64,000 nt of DNA from NCBI GenBank assembly GCA_973895155.1, contig OZ316891.1, positions 22,085,168 through 22,149,167 of the forward strand. The letters are read 5' to 3'. How positions within the stretch are numbered: position 1 is the first letter of the stretch; each line of letters opens with the position of its first letter. Shown in pieces: positions 36,440 to 49,200 of this stretch. The notes under the pieces are model-generated. The model had not been told where the DNA came from. It saw nothing but the letters and a program-made list of their open reading frames with translations, and searched no databases. The stretch comes from Marsupella aquatica (taxonomy: Eukaryota > Plantae > Marchantiophyta). The translations under genes and the position numbers were made by a program.

Positions 36440-37440
36440 ATTTGTTTGTTAGATTTATTTTGTGGGATTGGCACTGGATTGGCTGCTATTCTTCAAGCAG
36501 GAATTTATGTGCGTCGTTACTTGTACGTGGAAAACAATGAGATAACACGGAGGATCTCACTATGTCATGTAGCGATGTTGGTGGAACGTTATCCACATTT
36601 GTTGCCAGTGGATGCCATTCGTGGTTATCAGCATGCACTACCTGCTGATATTTCATTATTGGGGCGGATCATTTGGATTGTGTTGGCCCCATTGATTTGG
36701 TGATTGCGGGTTGGCCATGTCAGGGTCAATCTCGGGCTAGAATTGGACATGGATTTCAAGATCCAAGATCTACATTATTTTGGGAGATGTTACGTGTGTT
36801 GCGCCATCTCCAGATGCATCAGACACATTCTCCTACATACATTTTGGAGAATGTCCCATTATTGGGTGATGATCGTCATCGAATTGTTGCTAGTGTTCAT
36901 CAGGTTCGATCTTGGATTGGGCCTGTTGTGTTATTGGATGCTGCACGTGTGGGTTCTCGTGCACATTGCCCACGATTATGGCGGACTAACTTGTTACCAT
37001 GTGAGGTCTTAAAGTGAGCATTTGATGGTGTACCTCGCTCAACAATCTTAGTGGTGGATAGTATTTTGGATCCAGGGCGTCGTGCACAAAGTGTTACCCA
37101 ATCTGATCAACCACCATTGGCAGTGGTGAATGTTGTTGGGCGTCCACGTTGTGCATTACCCACTTTTGTGAGCCATTCTGCTTCATACGCATTTTGAGCA
37201 AGTGGCCCTGGACTTGTGTGGGATACAGCTCTACAAAAACTAGTAGAGCCTACCGCTAATGAGAGAGAGCGGCTATGGGATTTTTGAAAAAAAAATTAAA
37301 AAATTAAAAATAAAAATAAAAATGAGAGAGAGCGGGCTATGGGATTTTTGACCAGCACCACGGCAGTGGCCTCGGTGTCAAAGCATTCACGTTGTTAGGT
37401 CCTTGGTCAAACCATGGATTTGAATTGCTTGACTTGGATA
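36440..37440 (+). pseudogene. C5-cytosine DNA methyltransferase domain inside the E2 pol
   Basis: Motif I LDLFCGIG, II YVE, III DI, IV DLVIAGWPCQG.S, V DPRSTLF, VI YILENV, VIII SRAH.PRLW.TN, IX ERERAMGF and X VLGQTMD appear in canonical order. Confidence 0.93.
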
Positions 37441-37659
37441 ATCAGCTTGGGATTAGCTGAACAATTGCGAATGCGCAGTTCTAATGTTACAGATCGTCCA
37501 TTGGTGAGCTTGCGGCCTACCGAGACAGTAGCGGCCACAGTTGGGGGCGAGCAGACGATTGATAGACCTATGGCAGGATTGGCCAAGGCAAAACATTTTG
37601 TTGAGAAAAAGGAGGTTGCTCAAACCATTGATAAATAGCAACGAGCGACTGTCTCTTCC

Positions 37660-37850
37660 ATCCACAGCCCACGGCTTGTGGCCTCTCGAACTCCAAAGGA
37701 AAACATCACAGCTTCGATGGAGAGTCACAACCCACGGCTTGTGGCCTCTTCAACTCCAAATGAAGATGTCACAACTTTGAAGGAGAGTCACAGCCCACGG
37801 CTTGTGACCTCTTCAACTGCAAAGGAAGATGTCACAACTTTGATGGAGAG
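37660..37850 (+). repeat. ~63-bp tandem repeats in the DNMT-RT linker
   Basis: Three copies of caca(g/a)cccacggcttgtg(g/a)cctct...aactcc/tgcaaa...gtcacaacttt. Confidence 0.85.
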
Positions 37851-39038
37851 TTGGGAACCACAAATTGGTCCTAAGTTGACCGGGAGGGAGAGATGTTGCA
37901 TGCATCAATTCTTGAAGAGTTATTGAAATTGTTTTGCATTTAGTATGAAGGATTTGGGGACATTGAAGGGTCTTGGTATTCAGATTGAATTGGCTAGTGA
38001 TGCACCAATCTTTTGACGACCGTATCGGTATAGTGACATGGAGAGGGCTTTGATCCATAGTAGAACTCAGGATTTGTTGGAGGCTGGTTTGGTGGAAATC
38101 TCATACGGGGAGTATGCATTTGCCACAATGATGCCAACCAAGAAGGGTTAGGATGTGCATGGAAATTACACAGATAGACAAATGTGTGGTGATTATCGAC
38201 CTATTAATCGTTAGACAAAATCTGATCGATATGCCATGCCCACACCGGAGGAGATCTTTGATGCTATGGGGCATGCAAAGATATTTAGTTCGTTGGACCT
38301 CAAGGCGGGGTACCATCAGTTGCCAATTAGGCATTCTGATAGATCCAAGACAACATTTTGGGGAATTGATTCTTATGGCAAAGATTGTTTGTATCAGTGG
38401 TTGTTCTTACCATTTGGGTTGAAGAATGCACCAGCTGAATTCCAAAGAGTTATGGATCGAATTCTTGCAGGTTTGGATTTTGTGAGATGTCAGTTACATT
38501 GATGATATCTTGGTCTATTCTTTGACTGTGGAAGAATATCAAAGACACACTTGCAGATTGTGTTGGAGAGATTGAGAGAACATGGATTGAAACTCTATCC
38601 TGGCAAATGTAAGTTATTCCAAGACAAAATTGAGTATTTGGGCCACACTATCTACCCAGGAGGATTGGGTGTGCAAGAGACTAAGGTGGAGGCCATTACA
38701 CAGATTCCTTGTCCTACTGATGTGAGTAGAGCTCGTGCATTCTTGGGATTGGCGAGCTATTATAGACGGTATGTTAAAGGATTTAGCCAACTTGCCAAAC
38801 CTTTAACTATACTCACTAAGTTGGACCAGGAGTGGATTTGGGGTGACGACCAAGAGCATGCTTTCCAAGAATTGAAGGAAAGATTGGCGTCAACACCTAT
38901 TTTGAGAAGACCCATTTCGGAACGACCATTTCAGCTACACACTGATTGGAGTGGAGTAGGACTTGGAGCAGTGCTGACTCAGAAGGATGATGAGGGGAAT
39001 GAGTTTGTTGTGGCATAAATTGTGAGCTGCTCAATTAG

Positions 39039-39395
39039 GGGTATTTACAAACGACAGAAAACAGCAAACAGTAACAGCAAACAGAAACTGGTAACAGGAA
39101 AATGAGTGGTAATTTTTTTTGAATTTTTTTTGAATTTTTTTTTTGGAGAAAAATTATTTTTTTTTTCAAATTTTCAAATTTTTTTTGCTAGCGCCCAAAG
39201 CTAGCCAAAAAATGTTGTAATTTAATTTTTTTGGGGAAAATATGACTTTTTAGAAAATATTTTGACATGGTTGTTTTTCTTGGTAATAGTAACTTTTTGC
39301 TGGTAACAGTAACTTTTTGTTGGTAACAGGAAAATTTTGCTGGTACCAATAAACCTGTTTCCTGTTTACTGATTTCTGTCACGCATGCCATACCC
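39039..39395. mobile_element. Mutator-like MITE
   Basis: GGGTAT...ATACCC termini with imperfect long TIRs. 9-bp TSD CTCAATTAG at 39030-39038 and 39396-39404. Confidence 0.85.
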
Positions 39396-42208
39396 CTCAA
39401 TTAGTGGGTTAAATTAGTTTTAGGTTAGAGTTTTTCTTTTTTGTTTTAGTAAGCATATTATGCCTGTAAATGAATGGGAAGTAGAAGTGAAATTGAAGTA
39501 AACTCTCTTCAGTAAAACAGAGTAAGAAAGTTTCATTAGTTTAAACCACGGTTAACTTAACAATGGATTAGTGGATTAGATAGGTAATCAGATCCTTAGA
39601 GTTTGTAATTTAGGCTGAGATTTTTTCTGAAGGTTCTAGGCAGGCCCTGGAGAACCCTTGTAAAAGTGCAAGTCATTTCGACCATTCAATTAGAAGCTAT
39701 TTACAGTGGAACAAAACTTAAAATAGCCAACTTGCAGGACGTAGGGGAAATAGCCAGAGAGCAACAAATGTATTTTGAAGGCTGGCCATGGTGTTACTAT
39801 ACCTAACACTATCCCTTAGAATTACTAAACCTAGTTTTGGACTTATAGATACTTTTTGGGAGTGGTCCGAATTCTGTAAAAGTAGCTATGAAGTATGACG
39901 GATTGCAGACTTTGAACAATTATAGAAAAGCCAAGTTTAGTTATATATCAATTCTAAGAATTGTTTTAGAAAGCTCTAGGACTAGGAAATCCAGGAGTAT
40001 GTTCATAATAGTTTTTTTTCCTTATGAGTGAATTTTGAACTATAGGCAAAGATGGCTAATGTTAAATGCCATAAGTAGCACTTAAAGGGAGACTTAAAGA
40101 GAGGAATGTTCTTTGTGCATACAAAGGGGTAATTCAGCTGCATAGAGAAACATGGTGGACTCATTTACATCTGTAAAGGGCAGGGTTACAATGTTAAAAA
40201 GCTAGCTAAGGCCAGGTGTCGAGCCCAAAATTCAATAGAGCAAAATCAAAGTAAAATTGAAGGGAGAATGGAACTCAACGCTGCGGCTGAATGGAGAGCC
40301 AATACTCCACCAAATCAAGTAAGAAGAACTGGGCTCGAATGCTGGGCTCAAGGAGAATCAGAAGACCTGAACTAGAAGAGGAAATCCTGGAGCACGAATT
40401 AAAGGAGGAGATTGAAGGGAAAGCAAAGGTTGGAAGGGAAATTAATAGAGAAGATTGAAATTTCTGAATCAGAGAGAATATTTTACAGAAAGGAGAAGTC
40501 ATTGACTGCTAACAAGGGGGCTCTTCAGGCAAAATCAAGGGCGAAATCAACTTGCACCTTCTATAGGAACTTAGAGGTGGCACCATGGAGCAGCTAGAAG
40601 ACCATTTCCTCAGCTAGGGCGATTGACAAGAAATCTGAGCTGTGGCCCTTAACTTCAGGAATTGAATGCAGGATCAAGTCCATAGATATATTCTGAAATT
40701 AGAATGACTGCTCTTTGGACTTCAGGAATTGAATGCAGGATCAAGTCCATAGGTATATTTCTGAAATTAGAATGGCTGCTCTTTGGACTCACAAATTGAA
40801 TGCTACCAAGGTCAACCGACAGTCGAGAGAAGAACACATGGAAGGGAAATATTTTCGTGAGAATGAAGGGCTGGTCTGAACGGAAGCACTGGCCAGACTT
40901 CCTTCAAATAACCCACGATCCCTTCAAAAAAGTTCAGTTCTCTAAGTCCTAGCTTAGTTCTCTCCTTGCTCCAAACTGAATCAGGCAGTCGACTCCGCCA
41001 TAGATTGGAAGCATTCATTCTCCTATTTCCATGAGTTCTTTCTCTCCGTTCACCCATGCACTTACTATCAAGACCAGGGCTTATATTTCACAGGAGTACT
41101 GGGCCTTTACGTTTGTAGTCTCACGGGGTTACTATTTGGCTTTATACACCTGAGTTTACACAGGCAGGGTCAGGCAAACCAAGTTTACACAAGTAACTAA
41201 GCCTTGAGATAAGGCTGACCCTAGTTTAAAGTGATGATATTGATGGGTTCTGCTGAAACCTGAATAACTCGCTCAGTTTAGACTCAATTGGAGTACTTTT
41301 AAATGCATTGGAAAGCTATTGACGGTGGCTAGAGGTTGGCATGAGCTAGGAGGATTGAGAGTTCATTAAGATTCTCCTGGAAATCAGGTTCTATAACAGT
41401 TTGATTTTTGCTGACTACTTGAGAGGTTTTGATCGTGGTTACACTCTAAAAGGAGGTCAAGTGGGACTACAATCAAAGTGCATGGCTGATCCCAGAGTTC
41501 CTGATCCAAGAGGGCTGCCTGATCAGCATTTTCCTCCCCTGGTCCACAAGGCTAAGTTCACCTTGTGGAGTAAGCATGGGAGAACACATGCTGACCCCAA
41601 CATTTGGCTGACCCAATACCTAGCTTGCTCAAAGGTGGACAGAGGGGCAGAAGTTCAAATTTGAGGGCTTTCACCAAGGTGTACCTCAAGTATTTCAGAG
41701 AGGACAACCAAATTACCAAGCCACTAACCAGTACGGTAAGGAAGTACCATGCTTGGGTCATTCGCAAGGCCCTAATCGGATGGGTGAGGCCTGGAGAATG
41801 GCTCTTTTATGTCAAGGGGACCTAGGCTGGTTCTGGAGTCCAGGAATAAGGAGGTTAAGGAGTGGAGTCCTTAAAGCCAACATGGAGGGTACCTAAGGAC
41901 CTGAGTTACATGGAGACTTTGGAGGAACTTGGAGGGCCATTGGAAGTTGATCCCTCTACTGTTTTTAGAGCTATTTGGTAGATAGGGATGACTGTATTTT
42001 GGAGGCTGATTTAGTCCCTGATTTGGAAGGATAGGACAGCCAAGTCAGGAGGTGAGGTGGACCTGAATGAAGGGCTGAAATCAAGGAGTTGATTTAGGCT
42101 TTCAAAAGGCCACCAACTAGCTCATTAGTTAGGTAAGACACACAAGTGAGTTAGTGAGTTAGTTAGGAGGATAAGTAAGGATCTTTGACCCCCTTGAAAG
42201 GTGGGCTA

Positions 42209-43043
42209 CCGTCTTCCCCCGAACACAACGCCGGGGTGCTATATTCGAATAGTGGGTCAAGGGGTGCTATATTTGAATAGTGCGCCCTAGGCGTTGTGTT
42301 CAAATTTTTTGACATGGTTTTGGATTTTTTTCACTAGTGGCGCTGTGTTCAAAAATGTCGTTGTGTTCAAAAATAGCATTGTGTTTGAGTTTGACGTTGT
42401 GTTTGAGTATAGGCCTTTGTGTACAAGGGTAGGAGATTAATGTATTGTGTAAGCACTAACTGAAGTCTTAAATAAAGTGTTTGCGAATGTGTAGGTAATT
42501 CAAACACTGAAATTACACAAGGGAAGCTAAGAGAACAGACCTTGCAAATCACAAGTACCATAAATTTATGACAATCAACAATATTCTAAAAATTGTTCCA
42601 AAACATCACTATTGTCAACTTAGTGCATGTCATACCATAATACAATTGTTTGGTTGCCTCAAACAATAAAAAATGCCTAACAGCACAATAAAATAACATA
42701 ACCAAGGAGACTTGGACAAGTTGTCTACTATGTGTTCTGAGCTTTTGCTTGATAAATTGTTGCTACATGCTGCAAAACCTATGGACTGCCTACTTCATTT
42801 GTTCAGTTTCAAATGTACACTACCTACCAAAATATGATCTCACATACAGCCAATGCCAACACTGTGCTGCGCCAACTTTGAAAGTATGTGCCAACTTCAA
42901 ACACAACGCCAAACTCAAACACAGTGCCCGGGCGTTGTGTTAATCCAATGCTGTGTTTGAATAAAAACCACTTTTTATTTTTAGGGCCCAAAAAAAGTCA
43001 TATTCGAACACAACGCCCGGGCGTTGTGTTCGGGGGAAGACAA
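42209..43043. mobile_element. Tc1/mariner(pogo)-like MITE
   Basis: TIR (cc)gtcttcccccgaacacaacgcc / ggcgttgtgttcgggggaagac(aa), flanked by TA on both sides, with internal subterminal repeats. Confidence 0.85.
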
Positions 43044-43727
43044 TAGTCTTTTTTTAGTGGTGAGTCACTTGCTGGCCTTTGGGGTGGTTTTGGACTTTGT
43101 GATGAGTTGGAGCCAAGCAAGGAGTACTTAAGTTGGTGTGAATTACTTTGTGTGGGTCCAAGTATAGAGAATCAAGTAGTAGCACTAAGAGACCTTAGGG
43201 GAACTAAGGTAGATGTTCTAGGGGTACTAGAACTCAAGTGTGTGCCTTGAGGCTTGAAAGGACCATAGTGTTAAGTAGTAGGAGTTGAAGAAGCTAAAGT
43301 ATAGCAAGTAGGTAGTGACAACCTACCCATGTACTTCCTTTGAAATTCTTATGAAATTTCAGCGCGTTTTTGGGAAAGAAATTGTTGATGTGCACTCATC
43401 TGAAATTTTGAGGCCCTTGTGGTCTAGCATGTTGCTCATATATGATCTTTGTGAGTCCAGAAGTCTTCTCTTTGGGTAGGGGAGACCTAGATTAGTTGTC
43501 TTGCCGGGTAGGGTCACATTTCCAATGGTGGAAACCAAAGAATACCCATTTCTGGTGACGAAAACCAAATACATCTGCATAGTCTCAAGGAGAAGCAAAG
43601 GCTTAATGGAAATAGAGGTAGTTTTTTCTTATGGAGCGTCCCTCTCGTAGTTCATGGTGATAAAGAGCTATCAAGTGCAAGCTTTTAGTACAATAAGGCT
43701 TATTAGCTCAGAAGCAAGGGTCTGACA

Positions 43728-45921
43728 CATATGCCAGTAGATCAAACAATTCAGCAGAGGCTAAGTATAGCTCGTATGAGGGAGAGTGTTTGGCAGTTGT
43801 GTGGGCTGTGGCACATTTCCGTTGCTATTTGTTTGGTAATCCGTTCACCTTGATCACTGATCACCAGCCCCTCAAGTGGTTAAGGGAGTCTAACAAGCTT
43901 ACAGGAAAGCTTGCACGATGGGCATTGTTGTTACAAGAGTATGATTTCCTCGGGGGTTTCACTTCCACAAAAATGGCATATCACGTGCAACAAAGGATAG
44001 GGTCATTTTATTGGTTCTAAGGGAAGACTTAAGAATTTTTTGTAGAAGAACAATAGGGTCTTTTAAATTTAATTTTGAGACTTATAAGAACATTAGGGTC
44101 TTTTTAATTCAATTTTTAGAATATTCCAAGAATATTCCAACTTTATAGGGGTTAAAAAATAAAAATAAATTCTTACATTTTAGGGGGTCCGAGGCCTAAA
44201 AACGTCGCAGGCGATGGGGAGGTCCCCATATAGTGAGACCCCCGAGATGATTTCCAGGTTGTACATAGGCCTGGTAAAGTGAACTTGGATGCGGATGGGT
44301 TGAGCCGTAATCCATGTACCAGTCAAGAGGATGAGACTGGAGCTCGATGGCATGATGAGTTGGATAAGGAGAGTGTGCCAGGATGGCATGCATCTGCCTT
44401 TCTTTGTTGGGTTCCAACATATAGTGGATCTATGGACTCTACTTCATTGGATGGGGTAGACGTTGAGTCTTCAGATATGGATGTTGATGAGGTAGTTTTT
44501 GGGCAGCAAGATATTCAGATCCATTGTTGGCAATTGTGATGCTAAAGAGCAAGATAGGGTTCTACAATGAGCCAAGAGGTTTTGATGGGAAGGAAACCAT
44601 CTTTTGAGGATACTACGTGATGGCAAGGTGTTGGTTGTACCAAAACCGTCACAACGAGTACGTTTGGTGTGACATGCGCACAAGGAGTTGGGTCACTTTG
44701 GTGTGAAATGCACATATAGCTTGTTGTAGACACAGTATTGGTGGTGTGGTATGCGCACTGATGTCCAACAATTGATTGCTAAGTGTGTGGTATGTGATCG
44801 AGTGCGAGCATCGTTCAATGCTCCCACTCCCCAATTGCATCTGTTATCCATAATGGGTTTGGGATATTGATGGAGTTTGGACTTTGCTGGTCCATTACCT
44901 CTTACCCAACGTCACAATCGATATGTTTTGGTTATGGTGGAGCACTTTTCCAAGTGGATTGAACTAGTGGCATTGCCAGATAAAGCTAGTGGAGGAGTGG
45001 CTATCACATTTTTGGATCAAGTACTCAGTCATTTTGGAGCACCAGCTGAGGTGTTGACTAATCAGGGCATGGAATTCCGTGGAGAGTTTGAGGGTTTGTG
45101 TGAGCAAGCTCTTATTGATCATCGTACTATTTCTTGTGATCATCCTGAGGCAGATGGATTGGCAGAGAGAGTTGTACAAACCGTGAAGAGAGGAATCTTG
45201 CGTAAGTATGGCTTGCAGGTTGGTCATTTGGGAGATTGAGATCTCCAGCTACCTTGGTTAGCTATGGGCTACCGTTTCAGTCGACAAGCATCACTTGCAT
45301 CCTTCTCACCTTATTTCATGCTCTATGGTATAGAGAGCCAGATTTGCCAACGACTATTCGTTGTGATGTGGCAATTGTTGTGGATTTGGATGATCCCGAT
45401 GTTTGGGTCAAGATGTGTTCCAAAAGGGCACGAGTTTTTGAGAGAGTCATGCCCATGGCCTTTGACAACCTTGCCATTGCCCAACATTGTGATACTTTGA
45501 GGTATGCCACTATTTACAGAGGAGGTTATCGTGCGAGGATTTGACAGTTTCATCCTGGTGATTTGTTTATTTGCAGCAAACAACACCCACAACACTTGAT
45601 GTGACCGCAGGTCGGACAATCTTACGTGTGCGTGAAGTGTTGTCTTCTGGTGTCCTAATGTTGGAAGGACGTGATGGTATGGTTTGGAAGGATCATGTAC
45701 GTAATTGTGCACCATGTCATCTTTCAAACATTGATGGTACAGTAGATCCAAGCTTGGCTCAAGTTCATGCCGGCTTGAAGTGTATGTTGTGTGGATCTGC
45801 TCAAGGAGCAGCCACTATGTTGATTTGTGATAAGTGTTCTAGAGGATGGCACATGTCGTGTTTGACACCACCATTGGAGGTGATTCCTAGTGGATCATGG
45901 TTGTATCCTCAATGTCGGTGA
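43728..45921 (+). pseudogene. E2 RNaseH end-integrase-PHD region
   Basis: Motifs YEGECLAVVWAV, TDHQPLKW, HKELGHFG..CVVC, DFAGP, EHFSKWIE, PEADGLAERVV and PHD CMLC...LICDKCSRGWHMSCL.PP...PSGSWLYPQC (45781-45915). Confidence 0.92.
43949..44246. mobile_element. hAT-like MITE
   Basis: TIR ctcgggggtttcact / agtgagacccccgag with 8-bp TSD ATGATTTC. Removing it restores QEYDF-QVVHRPG. Confidence 0.88.
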
Positions 45922-46094
45922 AGCCGACTAGTTACCATTTGTGTTCTCATGGAAAGTATAGATTGCAGGAAGGTGATCGATGGGGCTCACTTGCACCCGG
46001 CCTCCTGATCTTCACACTTAAAAAGGTGTATATCAACCTTGTAGAACTTATGGCTAGCTAGAGTTAGGGGACCTCACTCCTAGCTAGGGGGCCG

Positions 46095-46231
46095 ATTGTG
46101 GGTTTTGGACATGTGTGGATAGGAGTTCCACTTACACTCCATTCTCTTATGTTTGTGATGTTGATTGTGACTATGCTTAGATATGTGTGACAAGCGATGT
46201 ATATTGTGTAGCGATGTTTATGCGCACGACA
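46095..46231 (+). repeat. E2 repeat B1
   Basis: Matches 51078-51214. It is preceded by AGGGGGCCG and followed by GC. Confidence 0.95.
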
Positions 46232-46234
46232 GCT

Positions 46235-49200
46235 TGTCACCTGCTTATCAAACGATTTACACGACAAGTACGTATTTACTCCTACTAAAATTGTTTGTTA
46301 TCGTATGACGGGAACGTGGAGAGACGCTATTAGGATTCTATTGCATGTAGGATGAGTATGTTTATTTCCGCTCCCGGAAATGTAATTTTTGATCAAGTCT
46401 ACCGACTAGTTGCTCTGCTTTTGATTAAGTCCCATGGACTAGGCCACACACACACTCCTACTGGCCGTTGGTGGAGTGCTGTCACCACCCCTCCTACTCA
46501 TAGGGTCGACCAAACCGTGCAAGGATTCCTTAGACACTTCTTGGGGAAAGAACACAATCTTGAACCAGGAAAGATAATGCCACACCAAAACTTGAGGAAT
46601 CAAACCAAATCCATATCTTTTGGCAAAACGTCGTAACACATTGCAAGGACAACCCGGCCTCCTACCGTCTGCCCAACTACTGCCTCACTGGGCAAGTGCT
46701 ACACCTCTACCTCACTACTCTGGCTTGATTCCCCTTTTCTCGCTATGAGCTAACTTCCGGAAACAAACACTAGACTGAGTCCCCCCCAACTACTTCGGGG
46801 CTCTCCCCTAAATACCAAAAAAACACACCAAAGCACCCCTCATGGGGCCACAACGATGGCGGCTTACCCTAGCGGCGCCGCTAAACCCTTCACTAAGAAA
46901 CCCCTAAACTAAAATCATGTGGCACACACATGCTTCTAAAACCCTAACCCTAAACTAACAATGGGGCCGGCGGTGCCTTCGACGACGCCCCAACATTACT
47001 CCGTGAACCGTGAAATTGCAAAGAACCCAACAATGGCCGAAACCAGGTGACCTTCCACTTGAACTTCTGAGTTCACCCCTGGATAGCCCCACTCTTCCTG
47101 ATCATGAATCACTCAACCGCTCTTGAAACGGACATCGGACGACCAAGTTATGGCCGTTTCAGTATCCCGTAAACCCAACTTTGTCGGGCCCTAACTTGCT
47201 CATCCTGGCTCCGTTTGAGGAGCGCTGCCTCTTGTTGGGATCAGCTCCACGAGCTCTTTCCAACAAGCCCATGAGTGACCCCTCACAAAAAGTGGGAAAG
47301 TCAAGGGGCCGTACAACCACGTCCGTACGACCACTCTAATTCTCCTCCTCTTCACTCACGGTGCCCTGGTTTGAGCCCCGTGAGTGGGCCTCCTCATCAC
47401 TCTCCACTGGAGTGAGTGCCACTTCACCCCTCCTTTTCTTCACCGGGGTACTCCTAGTGCTAGTGCTCCCCTGCTTCCTCAAATTGGCCAAGGCTTGCCA
47501 CGCTTTGATGTACCCCTCACCAATGGTGTCCTTCCATAAGGCCGCCTCTTCACCGGACCGCAAAGTCTCCAACGGTAAAACCTGCCCGGTGGCCATGGGA
47601 GTCCTAGGGGTGACAGATCGGGGTGGCATCCCCGTGTTGACCTGAGCCTCCCGTAACGATTTACGTACCTCCCTAAGCTTCTTCTCTAAGTTCTTGCTCT
47701 TCTCTTGACTCTTCTTGGCTGTATCCAACAGGGGTCCATACTTCCCATTGACTTCCTTCACCACCATCTCAATGGCCCTGGAGATCAAATCTGGGGAAAG
47801 TGTGGAACTAGGTGTGCAGGGGCTCTTCCGTTTCCCCAGACTCAAGGCCTCACTCCTCTTAGCCCTTGTCTCAAAGATCACCATTTGACTCCGTAGTGCT
47901 CCCACCTGGGCTCTTAACTCCACCACCTCTCCAGAATTCTGCTTCTCTTTGGCCAATGCTTGTTTCAATACTCCAACCTCTTCCGCTTCCTTGGCCTTGG
48001 TGGACAAGGCTCCCTTCAAGTTGGAGATCTCTACGTGAGCTGCTTGGAGAAGCTTAACCTTCTCATGAATGGCCTCCTCCCTCGCCTCCTCCTTGGCCTT
48101 GATCACCTCCTTCATAGATAGGGCACTCTGCTCCAAAGTCTCTACTCTGGCGGTGGCCTGCTTGAGAGAATCTCTCAATGCGTGGACTAGCTTGAGTCCC
48201 TCATGGACTCCCTGCCGGAAATCCCGTAACTCCGCCAGGTAGACATCAGGAATGTCGTAGACCAGGGGCTCCTCCGGATCTCCCACAAGTGATTCAAGCC
48301 ACTCCAATGTGGAGTCCTCATCCTGGTTTTCTTCCCCTCTATTATCATCCCCAACCGCCGATGATGATCCCTCTGTTAGTTTCCCCAAGATGGTAGTGGC
48401 AATACTCCTGATTTCCGTGGTAAGGGATGATCCAGAGTCTTCCTATCCTGGGAAAATAATCCACCCTTCTGCTCTGGCCAGCAAAAATGACCCCATCAAA
48501 TGTACAACCCCACCTGGTTTCACACTCCCGGGATTGGCGTCCAATAGCTTCTTCAACCCGTAGTACCACCATCCGTACACATGGGCTGGATAGTTCTTGA
48601 TGTCCATAGCTACCACGAAATGCTCTCCATTCACCACCCCGGATTGCACGTTACCAAGGATCCATTGATGAACCTTGGCCATAAATCCCTTGTGCTCAGC
48701 ATCTCTGACGGCGGAAAGAGGAATGGAAGTAGTGGAGGTGGGATTAATCACCCAACCGGCCACCATTGTCAACGTGAGCTCTCCCCTTATGTTCTGAGGT
48801 GTGAATGAGAATTGCTGGTTCTCCAGAAACAAAAGCTTAGCTAACTCCACATGGGGCACTACCCGTTGGAGACATTCAAAGTAGATTCCTTCCTTGCGTA
48901 ACTCCATCCCGGCCTCAATGTTCCAATTCTTCCCCGAAGGGATTGTAATCTCCACCTTCATGAACTCCGTGAGCCCGGTGGCCAGAAAAATATTCCTACA
49001 ATCCTCCATCACCTTGGCGGAGGTTTTGGGATAAATTTGACGGAAAACCTTCCTACTCACTGGTGCAGAACTTGCCGCCAGTCCAGTACTCATTGTAGCT
49101 TCTCTCTCTTCTCTCTCTCTTGCAATCCCCTGGGGAATCACTCGTCGGATTCTTAGAACCACGTGCAAACAAATGAAGGCTATTTAAAATCCTACCCAAT

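Larger units (their letters stand above)
35335..39017 (+). pseudogene. E2 protease-DNMT-RT-RNaseH region
   Basis: Motifs VLLDTGAQPLMLG (protease), the DNMT motifs, MCGDYRPIN, LDLKAGYHQ, LPFGLKNAP, YIDD (frameshifted) and QLHTDWS. Confidence 0.92.
39021..43727. mobile_element. 4.7-kb TG...CA insert (solo-LTR-like) in E2 RNaseH, itself carrying two MITEs
   Basis: E2 frame EFVVA|YASRSNN resumes at 43728. The insert reads TGTGAG...CTGACA with flanks CATA(AA)T/CATAT. Confidence 0.75.
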
